From NCBI GenBank assembly GCA_963674475.2, contig CAXXFQ010000019.1, positions 410,168 through 474,167 on the forward strand: 64,000 bases of DNA, written 5' to 3'. The notes below the pieces were generated by a model. The model worked only from the letters and a program-made list of their open reading frames with translations. It did not search any database and had not been told where the DNA came from. Of this stretch, positions 36,913 to 45,845 are shown in pieces. The DNA is from Thermoguttaceae bacterium (GTDB taxonomy: Bacteria; Planctomycetota; Planctomycetia; Pirellulales; Thermoguttaceae). Made by a program: the position numbers and the translations under genes. The first letter of the stretch is position 1. Every line of letters begins with the position of its first letter.

Positions 36913-36949
36913 AGGTGATGGCAACGCCGTCACACCTTTTTCTTCTTTC
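36913..36949. terminator. Probable bidirectional terminator hairpin after repeat B
   Basis: AGGTGATGGC-AAC-GCCGTCACACCT is a stem with an internal loop. It is followed by TTTTTCTTCTTTC on the plus strand and GTTTTTTT on the minus strand. Confidence 0.5.
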
Positions 36950-37011
36950 TCGCTTTCATCAAACAGAAAATACATTCTCCCCCCAACCATCACCCCGAGT
37001 GATAAAACCCC

Positions 37012-37680
37012 ATGACCCCAAAGCTGCCTCCATCCCAGTATTTCCCGTCGGCCGAGGTGGCCGATGAAGACGGTCTGGTTTGCTATGGGGGCGATCTGTC
37101 GGTCGAGTTGGTTCTGGACGCATATCGCCACGGGATCTTTCCTTGGCCGGTCGCGGGCGACGAGATGCCGATGCTTTGGTGGTCGTTGGACCCGCGAGGG
37201 GTTTTGCCGCTTGAGAATTTTCACGTGCCGGGCCGTTTGCAACGGACCATTCGATCGGGGCGGTTCGAGGTGACGCGGAACCGGGCGTTTGCCGAGGTCA
37301 TGGACGGTTGCGCGACGGCGCCGGGCCGGGTGGGGGTCGAATGGTTGACCGAGGAGATGCGGGAGGCCTATCTGCGGCTGCATCGGTTGGGCCATGCCCA
37401 TAGTGTCGAGGTTTGGTGTGAAGGCCAGGTGGTCGGCGGCGTTTACGGCGTGGCGATCGGAGGGCTATTTGCGGGCGAGTCGATGTTCTACCGCAAGCGT
37501 GACGCGTCGAAGGTCGCGCTGGTTGCGCTCGTAACCCATTTGCGCGACCGGGGCTTTGTCCTCTTGGATATCCAGCAGGCGAACCCGCACGTGGTCCAAT
37601 TTGGGGCGATCGAAATTCCTCAGAGTGAGTATCTGGATCGGCTGGCCGAGGCGCTCGAGGTCGAGGCCCATTTTGAATAA
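37012..37680 (+). CDS. aat: Leucyl/phenylalanyl-tRNA-protein transferase
   Basis: LVLDAYRHGIFPWP...MLWWSLDPRGVL, GAHSVEVW-type HAHSVEVW, VGGVYGVAIGGLFAGESMF and RDASKVALVAL. Confidence 0.88.
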   Translation: MTPKLPPSQYFPSAEVADEDGLVCYGGDLSVELVLDAYRHGIFPWPVAGDEMPMLWWSLDPRGVLPLENFHVPGRLQRTIRSGRFEVTRNRAFAEVMDGCATAPGRVGVEWLTEEMREAYLRLHRLGHAHSVEVWCEGQVVGGVYGVAIGGLFAGESMFYRKRDASKVALVALVTHLRDRGFVLLDIQQANPHVVQFGAIEIPQSEYLDRLAEALEVEAHFE

Positions 37681-37755
37681 GGTTTTGTGGCGAAAGGTAC
37701 AATGTTAATGCACGGTTTGTGGCCGCGTTCATTTTTCCCTTTTTTTGTTTGACGT

Positions 37756-39084
37756 ATGCCTTCGGAATTTCCTAAATCGTTCGAGTCGATGACGCCCGCG
37801 GAAAAGGCCAAGACGTTTCCGCACGCGCCGGGGGTCTATCTGATGAAGGACGACGCCGGGCGGGTGATCTATGTCGGCAAGGCGAAAGACCTGCGCAATC
37901 GGGTCGGCAGCTATTTTCTCAAGGCGGCCGCCGAAGACCAACGCACCGCCGGACTGGTCCGCGAGATCCGCGATCTGGATTATCTGCAAACCGAGAGCGA
38001 GGTCGACGCGCTGTTGGTCGAAGCGCGGCTGATCAAGGATATTCTGCCGAAGTACAACCGGGACCTTCGCGACGACAAGACGTTCCCGTATTTGGAAATC
38101 ACGACCCGTGACGATTTTCCCCGGGTCTATACGACACGCACGCCGAAGGATCGGGGGACGAAACTTTACGGCCCGTTTCCCGGTTCGCGCGGGCTGCGTG
38201 GGGCGGTGGTCGTCTTGCAGAAGATTTTCAAGTTCCGTACCTGCACCCTCGACATCAACGAGGACGATCCGCGATGGAAATGGTATCGGCCGTGTCTGTT
38301 GGCCTCGATCGATCAGTGTCTCGCGCCGTGCAACCGTCGGGTATCGAAAGAGGCGTATCGAAAAATGATTCGTCGTCTCATGCGTATCCTCGAAGGGAAT
38401 AAGGACAGTTTGATCAAGGAAATGCGCAAGGATATGGAACTGGCCGCGGCACAGCGGAAGTTTGAAGAGGCGGCCGAGCTGCGCGACCAGATCCGCGACC
38501 TTGAAACGCTCGACGAGCACGGGGAACTTGACAAAAACGTCCAGCCGGAAGTCTTTCCGATCGATCCGAAAAAAGGACTCGTGGGGCTTCGCAAGGTGTT
38601 GCAGTTGAAGACGACTCCACGGACGATCGAGGGGATCGACATTGCCCACTTAAGCGGCAAGGAAACGGTTGCCAGTCTCGTGCAGTTTATCGATGGGCTG
38701 CCGTTCAAGCCCGGTTATCGTCGGTATCGAATCCAGACTGTCGACGGCGTGGACGATTATGGCAGTATCGCCGAGGTGGTCGGCCGCCGATTCCGAACGC
38801 TTTCACAGCGGAACGAGATGTTCCCCGATATCCTTTTGATCGACGGCGGTCGGGGGCAATTGAATGCGGCGTTGGGCGCGTTTACGACGTTGGGGATCGA
38901 GCCGCCGTTGGTCCTTTCGTTGGCCAAGCGGGAGGAGGAAATTTATCTGCCCGAGTTGAACGAGCCGATCCGATTGTCGCGTCATGCCTATGCGCTTCGG
39001 CTGTTGCAATACGTTCGGGACGAGGCGCACCGGTTCGCCCAGCATTACCATCATATTCTCAGGCGACGGGCGACGCTTGATTGA
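37756..39084 (+). CDS. uvrC: Excinuclease ABC subunit C, short form lacking the C-terminal (HhH)2 domain
   Basis: GIY-YIG domain (GVYLMKDDAGRVIYVGKAKDLRNRVGSYF), UVR domain (AAQRKFEEAAELRDQIRDLE) and RNase H-like endonuclease domain (IEGIDIAHLSG...LLIDGGRGQL). It ends at ...RDEAHRFAQHYHHILRRRATLD. Confidence 0.85.
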   Translation: MPSEFPKSFESMTPAEKAKTFPHAPGVYLMKDDAGRVIYVGKAKDLRNRVGSYFLKAAAEDQRTAGLVREIRDLDYLQTESEVDALLVEARLIKDILPKYNRDLRDDKTFPYLEITTRDDFPRVYTTRTPKDRGTKLYGPFPGSRGLRGAVVVLQKIFKFRTCTLDINEDDPRWKWYRPCLLASIDQCLAPCNRRVSKEAYRKMIRRLMRILEGNKDSLIKEMRKDMELAAAQRKFEEAAELRDQIRDLETLDEHGELDKNVQPEVFPIDPKKGLVGLRKVLQLKTTPRTIEGIDIAHLSGKETVASLVQFIDGLPFKPGYRRYRIQTVDGVDDYGSIAEVVGRRFRTLSQRNEMFPDILLIDGGRGQLNAALGAFTTLGIEPPLVLSLAKREEEIYLPELNEPIRLSRHAYALRLLQYVRDEAHRFAQHYHHILRRRATLD

Positions 39085-39245
39085 GTGCGATCGCGTGATC
39101 GAAAAAAGGATGCATGATTTTTCGCCTTCTTTCGAGGGCTTTTCAAAGGGTTTTCCCTCCGGTCACGTTATGCTACACTAAAAGTAGGTCTTTTTCCTCT
39201 GGATAATCCCTCCCCTTTTCACCCCCCGTAAAAAAGGATAGATTG

Positions 39246-40202
39246 ATGCGACAACGACGTTTTTTTCAGTGGCGTTTATGTACAGTGATGCTGGTTCTGG
39301 TGTGTGCGGCGCTTTGGTCGACCACTTTGTTTGCTGCAGATTCAAAACCGTTCACGATGATCGCCTTGCCCGATACCCAATTCTATGCGGAAAAATTCCC
39401 GGAAACCTATCAGATCCAAACCGAGTGGATTGTCGAAAACGCCGAGGCAGAAAACCTCAAGTACGTGATTCATCTGGGAGATATTGTTCAGCATTGCGAC
39501 GTCGAGTCGCAGTGGAAGGTGGCCGATCGGGCCCATCAGGTTTTGGACGAGGCGAAGATCCCTTATAGCGTCTTGCCCGGGAATCACGATGTGTGGGGCG
39601 GTGCCGCCCAAAAGGGGAAAAAGATCAAGGATACCCGCTTCTACGACCAGTACTTTGGACTCAAGCGGTTTGAAGGGAGAACCGAGTATGCCGGTCATTT
39701 CGGCGATTCCAACCTTAATAATCTCGGACGCTTCGAAGTGGATGGGATGAAGTTTTTGGTGGTCAATTTGGAGTATAAACCGAGCGACGAGGTTCTTGCC
39801 TGGGCCGATCAAGTGGTCAAGCAAAACGCCGATCGACGCGTGATCGTCGTGACGCATGCCTATCTGACCAGGGGGAAACGGAGCGGGATCGGCAATCGGA
39901 TTTGGGAAAAACTGATCCGAAAGAACCCGAACATCTTTTTAGTCTTCTGTGGTCATGTGTGTGACGTATCGATGTTCGAGCGGACCAACGACGCCGGCGG
40001 AAAAGTTTATGAGGTGTTGACCGACTTGCAAGCCGAGGCCAACGGTGGCAACGGCTGGCTGACGTTGATTCGGTTTTGCCCGAAGGAAAACCTGATCAAG
40101 GTCCGGCTTTACTCGCCGACGCTCAAAAAGTGTGAGGAAAACCCGAAGCGACGGTTCGATCTGAAATACGAGATGACCCCGGCGAAGAAGGCGGCCGCGT
40201 AA
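39246..40202 (+). CDS. Calcineurin-like metallophosphoesterase, secreted
   Basis: Signal-like N-terminus (LCTVMLVLVCAALWSTTLFAA). Motifs ALPDTQ, HLGDIV, PGNHD and VVTHAY. Confidence 0.8.
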   Translation: MRQRRFFQWRLCTVMLVLVCAALWSTTLFAADSKPFTMIALPDTQFYAEKFPETYQIQTEWIVENAEAENLKYVIHLGDIVQHCDVESQWKVADRAHQVLDEAKIPYSVLPGNHDVWGGAAQKGKKIKDTRFYDQYFGLKRFEGRTEYAGHFGDSNLNNLGRFEVDGMKFLVVNLEYKPSDEVLAWADQVVKQNADRRVIVVTHAYLTRGKRSGIGNRIWEKLIRKNPNIFLVFCGHVCDVSMFERTNDAGGKVYEVLTDLQAEANGGNGWLTLIRFCPKENLIKVRLYSPTLKKCEENPKRRFDLKYEMTPAKKAAA

Positions 40203-40232
40203 AAGCGAGACGTCCGAGTTTGATCGATAAAA

Positions 40233-40267
40233 AAAGGAGCGACGGCAAATGCTATCGCTCTTTTTTT
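40233..40267 (+). terminator. Rho-independent terminator
   Basis: AAGGAGCGA-loop-TCGCTCTTT followed by a run of T. Confidence 0.65.
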
Positions 40268-40557
40268 ATTGGTTTTCAGACGAGATTCAATCGGTCGAAT
40301 TAACGACGAGAGGGAACGGCATGGATGACACCGACGGCCGCCAGATCAAACCCGCTGCTGCCGAACGGGGTTCCGAAACCGGCGCGATACTTTCCGGCGA
40401 AGTTGTGCAGGTTGGTCGTGTCGACGGCGCCGAAATCGCAGATTTACATGGTCTTGCCTGCATGGCAAAACACCTATAACTATGGCAAGTTGGTTTTTTC
40501 TTGCAATCCCCTGCCAAAGAAAAACGGAAACCCTTCCGGCTGAAGTTGGGAGGTGAT

Positions 40558-41619
40558 TCAGTTGGACGAGAGCTCGTGGACCGCTTGAACCAGGGCCTGG
40601 GCGTTTTCGACCGGGGTTTGCGGCAAGATGCCGTGGCCCAGATTGAAAAGATGGCCCGGGCGCCCGTCAGCCTTGCCCAAAACCTCGGCCACCTCGCGAC
40701 GGATTGTTTCTCGATCGGTCAACAGGACGGTCGGGTCGAGGTTCCCTTGGATCGGTCGGTCATGGTCGATTTGGGACCAGGCCGCGTCGAGTCCGATCCG
40801 CCAGTCGACCCCGAGGATGGTTCCGCCCGCTTCGGCCATCACCGGGATCAGGGCCGGGTTGCCGGTGCCGAAATGGATCGCCGGGACCTCCGGCGGCAAC
40901 GAGTCGAAAATCAATTGGGTAACGGGGAGGATATGTTTTCGATAGGCTTCGGGGCTCAAGCAGCCGACCCACGAGTCGAACAGTTGGACCGCCTGGGCCC
41001 CGGCGTCGATCTGCATGTTGAGATACCGCGCGACGCTACGGGCGATTTTTTCCAAAAGGGCCGCGAAACCGGCCGGGTCGGTGAACATCCATTTTTTCGT
41101 ATGGAGGAAATGGCGACTCGCGCCTCCTTCGATCGCGTAGGCTGCCAGCGTAAACGGTGCGCCGGCGAACCCGATCAGCGGGATCCGATCGTCGAGCCCC
41201 GCGCGGGTTTCACGGACCGCCTCGGCCACGTAAGCGAGCGGTTCGAGATCTTCCAATTCGTGAAACCGTTTCAGATCGGCCGCCTCTCGCAGCGGTGGGC
41301 TGAGCTTCGGACCGTGGTTGGGAAGATATTCCAACTTGAGTCCCATCGGTTCGAAAATCAACAACAGGTCGGCAAACAAAATGGCCGCGTCGACGCCCAG
41401 TTGGTCGACTGCCCGCAGCATCACCTCGGCTGCCAGACGGGGTGTTTTGCATAACTCGAGAAACGAGATCTCGTCTCGCAGCTTCTGATACTCGGCCTGG
41501 TATCGGCCCGCTTGACGCATCATCCAAACCGGCGTGCAGTCGACCGGCTCGCCGCGGGCCGCCTTCATCCATCGACTGTCATACCAGGGTTCGCGTTGGT
41601 TTTGCATCATTGACCTCAA
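40558..41619 (-). CDS. hemE: Uroporphyrinogen decarboxylase
   Basis: PVWMMRQAGRYQAEYQKLR signature, 353 aa, with a full-length HemE-like sequence. Confidence 0.92.
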   Translation of the reverse strand: MRSMMQNQREPWYDSRWMKAARGEPVDCTPVWMMRQAGRYQAEYQKLRDEISFLELCKTPRLAAEVMLRAVDQLGVDAAILFADLLLIFEPMGLKLEYLPNHGPKLSPPLREAADLKRFHELEDLEPLAYVAEAVRETRAGLDDRIPLIGFAGAPFTLAAYAIEGGASRHFLHTKKWMFTDPAGFAALLEKIARSVARYLNMQIDAGAQAVQLFDSWVGCLSPEAYRKHILPVTQLIFDSLPPEVPAIHFGTGNPALIPVMAEAGGTILGVDWRIGLDAAWSQIDHDRPIQGNLDPTVLLTDRETIRREVAEVLGKADGRPGHLFNLGHGILPQTPVENAQALVQAVHELSSN

Positions 41620-41693
41620 GCGTAGAAACGGTTTTTTATTATTGAATCAAAGGCAGGGGAAGGTCTGGGTGGTTTTCTTTCAAAGGAAAAGGC

Positions 41694-44600
41694 CTAGCCG
41701 TGAAAAAGTTGCTCGGCCAGTAGTTGGGCCTCTTTCAAGGCGACCTTGCCGCTGCCGAGGACCGGAATGGCGTCGACTTGCCGAAAGCTTTCGACCGAAG
41801 GGATCCAAAGGGCCGTAAAACCGGCGTCGGCCAAGGCGTTGCAGATTTCTTTGGGCGTTTTTTCCAAACCGGTGTGGAGGACGATCAGCCGCTCTCCCTT
41901 GCGCGGGTCGGGAACCGCCGTGACGGTTAGTTTGACCTCTTCCGCTTCTTCCAGGCCAAGAATTTTGATGAGTTCGTCTTCGATTCGGACGTGAGGAACC
42001 ATCTCGCCGCCGATCTTCGAAAATCGACTGATTCGACCGGTGATCGTGATGAACCCATCCTCGTCGATCATGGCGACGTCGCCCGTTTTATACCAGCCGT
42101 CCTTCAGCACTTCGGCCGTTTGCTCGGGATCGTTGATGTAGCCCTTCATGACGTTCGGTCCGGTGACCCAAAGCATCCCCGATTGGCCGATCTCCGCTTC
42201 TTCACCGGTATCGAGATCGAGTATCTTTGCCGAAATGCCGGGTAACGGTCTTCCGATCGTTCCGTCCTTGATGGTTATCTGATCGGTTTTGCCGGGGAGC
42301 CGATGGAGGGGAACGTTGGCCGCGACTACCGGCGACATTTCGGTCGTTCCGTATCCTTCGATCGGGCGAACGCCATACTTTTTCTCGTAGGCGTCGGCCA
42401 GACTGATTGGAAGCTTTTCGGCGCCCATGACCATGAGGTTGAGTGTCTCGAAATCTTCCGGTGGGATCCGTTTGATATACGACCGCAGGAAGGTTGGTGT
42501 CGCGGTCATGACGGTCCCGCCGTATTGGCGACACAATTTTCCGATCGGACGCGGCTCCAGCGGCGAGGTGTGATAGGCGGCTTTGATGTCGAGGATAAAC
42601 ATGGACCAAAGGGTCGCCGTGTAGCCGAACGAATGGAAGAACGGCAAGACCCCGATCATGACGTCGTTGGAGGTGAACTCAAACGCTTGGTTGAATGAGT
42701 TGATGTTTTCGGTGATGTTCCGGTGGGTCAGCATCGCCCCCTTCGGATCGCCGGTCGAGCCGGAGGTGAAGATGATCGTCAGGACATCGTCCAAGTCAAT
42801 TTTGTGCAGCCCGAGAATCCGTTCGAGCAGGCAGGCCGGCAACAGCCACGCCTGGAACGCGGCGATCAGCTTGTCGCTCAAGCGGACTTGGTCGACGAAA
42901 TCTTCCAGGCAGACCATCTGGGCGTCGAGCTTCAAATCGGGAAACCGTTCCATCACCTTCCGGCTGGTCAGAACGTGGCGGATCCCGGCCTTGTGGAGGC
43001 ACTGGTTGAGGATTCGAGGCGACTTGACGCTGTAATTGAGGTTCGAGCTTGTTCGACCGTCGAGCCCGAGCGCCGCGTTGACGACGGCCCCGGCGACGGT
43101 GGGCGGGATCAGGATGCCGACCGTTTTTTCGTCTTTGGCGAGGACCTCGCGACGCAAGAGACGGCGCAGGACGAGGCTTCGGATGAGCAACCCGGCACCG
43201 GTCAAACTGGCACCGGTCGAGTCGGCCACTTTCGTACGTCGCATCTTTCTTCGGTAGTTTCGAAGGAAGCGGCGAATGGGGATAAGGGGTATATGATTTT
43301 TATGCATGGCTTCAAGTCCCAACAGTTCTACTTGGCGTCGGACCTCCCGCGGGTCGACCGGTTGCGGCATCGGTTTTCCGTAAAGGATGGAAACCGGGTA
43401 GGGCCATCGTTCGGGGGTTTTCCAGAAAAACTTTCCTCCTTTAAAACTAAAAATACTGCCCCATAATCCGTGGAGACGCATCGGGATGACCGGGGCGCCG
43501 GTTCCTTTGAGGATTGTCAGATACCCTTTTTGGAAAGGGTTCATGAGTCCCGTTCGGGTCAGTTGTCCCTCGGGAAAGATGCACACGACATCACCGTCTT
43601 TGAGTCCCTGCCGGGCGGCTCGAATCGCCCTGAGCATCGACTCCCGCGACTCGTGGACCTCGATGGCCCGATTTTTTCGAGCCAACCAACCGACGAATCC
43701 GCGATTGATATAGTCGGCATAGGCAAACATACGAACCGGACGTGGGCACGAGAGGAAGACGAAAGCGCCGTCAAGCCAGGTGACATGGTTGCAGACCAGA
43801 AGGACGCCCCCCTTTTCGGGAAGGTTTTTGACATCTTCTACCCGGATGCGGTAGAGCAGTCGGAGAGTCGTCCAGAAGACCACACGGAGGGTCGGAATCG
43901 GTATAAGCCTTATAATATACACCGCCAAAGGGAGGGTGACCAGTCCTATGGCCAAAAAGATCTCGCGCGGGGAAAGGTTGGCAATGCTCAAGAGGTAAAA
44001 CACCCCGGAGGAAAGCAGCATTCCCCCGAAGGTAAGGAAGTTCGCCGCCGCCAGGATCCGGCCACGGGAGTTCTCGGGACTCATCTTCTGAATGTAAGTG
44101 ACCATGGGAATGTCGTACAATCCCCCGCCAATTCCCAATACCAAAAGGCAGCCGCAAATCCAGCGGTAATCGGCCATTTGCCCACCCCACGGGACGAAGA
44201 CCAGACAGGCGGTGATTCCCATTGTGATCGCGCCAAAAGGGGAAAGTCCCACTTCGATCCGACCGGCCGACCAGAGTCCCGCCAGGACACTTCCGATGCC
44301 GACTCCCAAGGCGAGCGTGGCCAACATGGGGCCGACATATTGCTGGGGCAGTCCGATTTCGGTCCGCACGAGTTGATCGATGTTCAGTTGAACCAACGCC
44401 CCGGTTCCCCAGAAAAACGAAGTCGCAAGGGCCGCTCCCAGCAAGTTTCGCCTGGTGAACAAGGCTGAAAGGTCGGAAACGGTGTCCTTGGCCAAGTTGA
44501 CCGGGAATCGGCATTGCGGATTGGCAACCGGCGTTTTCGGGATTATGAGGCTGGTCATCCATCCGATCAACGCAACGAGGATTGGTGCCGCGCCGGCAAT

Positions 44601-45197
44601 GACCCAGCCCCAAAACGGCAATGCCTGGGTGGCCCAGTAGAGGAGACCTCCGGCGACCACTCCGGCGCAAATCGCACCGACGGTGCTCAGTCCGATCAGG
44701 CCGTTGGCTTTCGACAGCGAGCTGGTTTCGACGATTTCAGGGATGATTCCGTATTTTGACGGGCTAAACAGGGCGCTTTGGGTGCCCATGAGAGTGAGCA
44801 TAATAAACATCAGGGTAACATTGCCCATCAAGAGGGTCAGAAACCCGAGGATCATGATGACCAGTTCGGCAATTTTGCAGCCGATGATGGTCGTTCGCTT
44901 GCTAAACCGGTCTCCCAGATATCCGGCCGGAGCGACCAAAACAAGAAACGGTAAAACGAACACCGCACCGCCCAGCGCCAAGACGATGGGGGCGTTTTCC
45001 GGCCCCACAATATCCTTGCCGACCGGTACGATCAGCCAGCGGAACATGTTGTCGTTCATCGCGCCGAGGAACTGGGTAAGAAAAAGCCCCCAAAAACCGC
45101 GCGTGCGGATGGTTCCCGGTTTATAGGAGGAGGACGAGTCGGGTTGGGAAAGGTTAGCTTGCATGCCGGTATTGGGTCCGAGATCGGTGCGGTTCAT
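41694..45197 (-). CDS. Triple-fusion protein: MFS lysophospholipid transporter (LplT-like) + acyltransferase (PlsC/Aas N-domain) + AMP-dependent acyl-ACP synthetase (Aas C-domain)
   Basis: The N-terminal ~430 aa form a 12-TM MFS domain (FWGLFLTQFLGAMNDNMFRW). The HX4D acyltransferase motif is CNHVTWLDG and the AMP-binding motif is IFTSGSTGDPKGAMLTH. The start is uncertain (ATG 45197 or 45164); the ORF opens at 45293 but would then include the repeat motif. Confidence 0.85.
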   Translation of the reverse strand: MNRTDLGPNTGMQANLSQPDSSSSYKPGTIRTRGFWGLFLTQFLGAMNDNMFRWLIVPVGKDIVGPENAPIVLALGGAVFVLPFLVLVAPAGYLGDRFSKRTTIIGCKIAELVIMILGFLTLLMGNVTLMFIMLTLMGTQSALFSPSKYGIIPEIVETSSLSKANGLIGLSTVGAICAGVVAGGLLYWATQALPFWGWVIAGAAPILVALIGWMTSLIIPKTPVANPQCRFPVNLAKDTVSDLSALFTRRNLLGAALATSFFWGTGALVQLNIDQLVRTEIGLPQQYVGPMLATLALGVGIGSVLAGLWSAGRIEVGLSPFGAITMGITACLVFVPWGGQMADYRWICGCLLVLGIGGGLYDIPMVTYIQKMSPENSRGRILAAANFLTFGGMLLSSGVFYLLSIANLSPREIFLAIGLVTLPLAVYIIRLIPIPTLRVVFWTTLRLLYRIRVEDVKNLPEKGGVLLVCNHVTWLDGAFVFLSCPRPVRMFAYADYINRGFVGWLARKNRAIEVHESRESMLRAIRAARQGLKDGDVVCIFPEGQLTRTGLMNPFQKGYLTILKGTGAPVIPMRLHGLWGSIFSFKGGKFFWKTPERWPYPVSILYGKPMPQPVDPREVRRQVELLGLEAMHKNHIPLIPIRRFLRNYRRKMRRTKVADSTGASLTGAGLLIRSLVLRRLLRREVLAKDEKTVGILIPPTVAGAVVNAALGLDGRTSSNLNYSVKSPRILNQCLHKAGIRHVLTSRKVMERFPDLKLDAQMVCLEDFVDQVRLSDKLIAAFQAWLLPACLLERILGLHKIDLDDVLTIIFTSGSTGDPKGAMLTHRNITENINSFNQAFEFTSNDVMIGVLPFFHSFGYTATLWSMFILDIKAAYHTSPLEPRPIGKLCRQYGGTVMTATPTFLRSYIKRIPPEDFETLNLMVMGAEKLPISLADAYEKKYGVRPIEGYGTTEMSPVVAANVPLHRLPGKTDQITIKDGTIGRPLPGISAKILDLDTGEEAEIGQSGMLWVTGPNVMKGYINDPEQTAEVLKDGWYKTGDVAMIDEDGFITITGRISRFSKIGGEMVPHVRIEDELIKILGLEEAEEVKLTVTAVPDPRKGERLIVLHTGLEKTPKEICNALADAGFTALWIPSVESFRQVDAIPVLGSGKVALKEAQLLAEQLFHG

Positions 45198-45247
45198 CGG
45201 GTGGTTAATAAGGGGGGACGGGTACTTCTGGCGAACGGGCCAAGGTA

Positions 45248-45283
45248 GATTTTTCCACTTTTTCTTTGGTGGCAAGGAACACG
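45248..45283 (+). repeat. Copy 2 of the ~35-nt motif
   Basis: gatttttccactttttctttggtggcaaggaacacg. Confidence 0.7.
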
Positions 45284-45785
45284 CTGTATTCAAACTAAAA
45301 TCGCTCGAACTGTCCCTTGAAAAAGTCCATCCGGGTCTTTTTCAACCTCGGCAATTGCGACAACAAGTGGCCGCAAGCCTCGCATAATCAGCGATTTTTA
45401 AATCGCCGATCCTGTGGGAAACATCCTGTTTCCCTTTAACAGCCAGTTTTTCAACAGGCTGCTAAAATAACGACAAAACGACCCATTTGGACAAAGTGTC
45501 TCACACGGATTGGCCCCTTTAATAGTAGAAATAGGGGAGCTTGTCAATCGTGATGAATAAGAACGGAATTATGGCTTGGCGGGGCAGTAAAGGGCGGTTC
45601 CTCCAGCGTTGCGGTCCCTTGCGAGGGGCGTGCGCTTCGGCTATCCTTGGGAATTCGTTTTTTCGTGCGGTCCTTTCCTTGTTTCCTGAGCGTCTCTAGC
45701 GCCATTTTTGAAGGTAGATAGCGTTTTACCGGCTCTGCGGGAGAGATCCCGTGGTTGGCGCAAGAATTATCATTGAATTGATTTC

Positions 45786-45820
45786 GGTTTTCCATTTTTC
45801 CTGCGGTTGCAAGGAACACG
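45786..45820 (+). repeat. Copy 3 of the ~35-nt motif
   Basis: ggttttccatttttcctgcggttgcaaggaacacg. It is in direct orientation relative to copy 2 and ends 26 nt before ATG 45846. Confidence 0.7.
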
Positions 45821-45845
45821 TTTCACAAGGTTGAAAAAGTTTAAA

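Noticed and set aside
40501-41454. 317-aa plus-strand ORF
   Set aside because: It is antisense to hemE, which is full length with its signature motif.
45318-45340. GAAAAAGTCCATCCGGG resembling the RNase P RNA GGAAAGUCCGGGC core
   Set aside because: The match is interrupted, and none of the other conserved RNase P regions are present nearby. The tmRNA, SRP and 6S signatures I know were not seen either.
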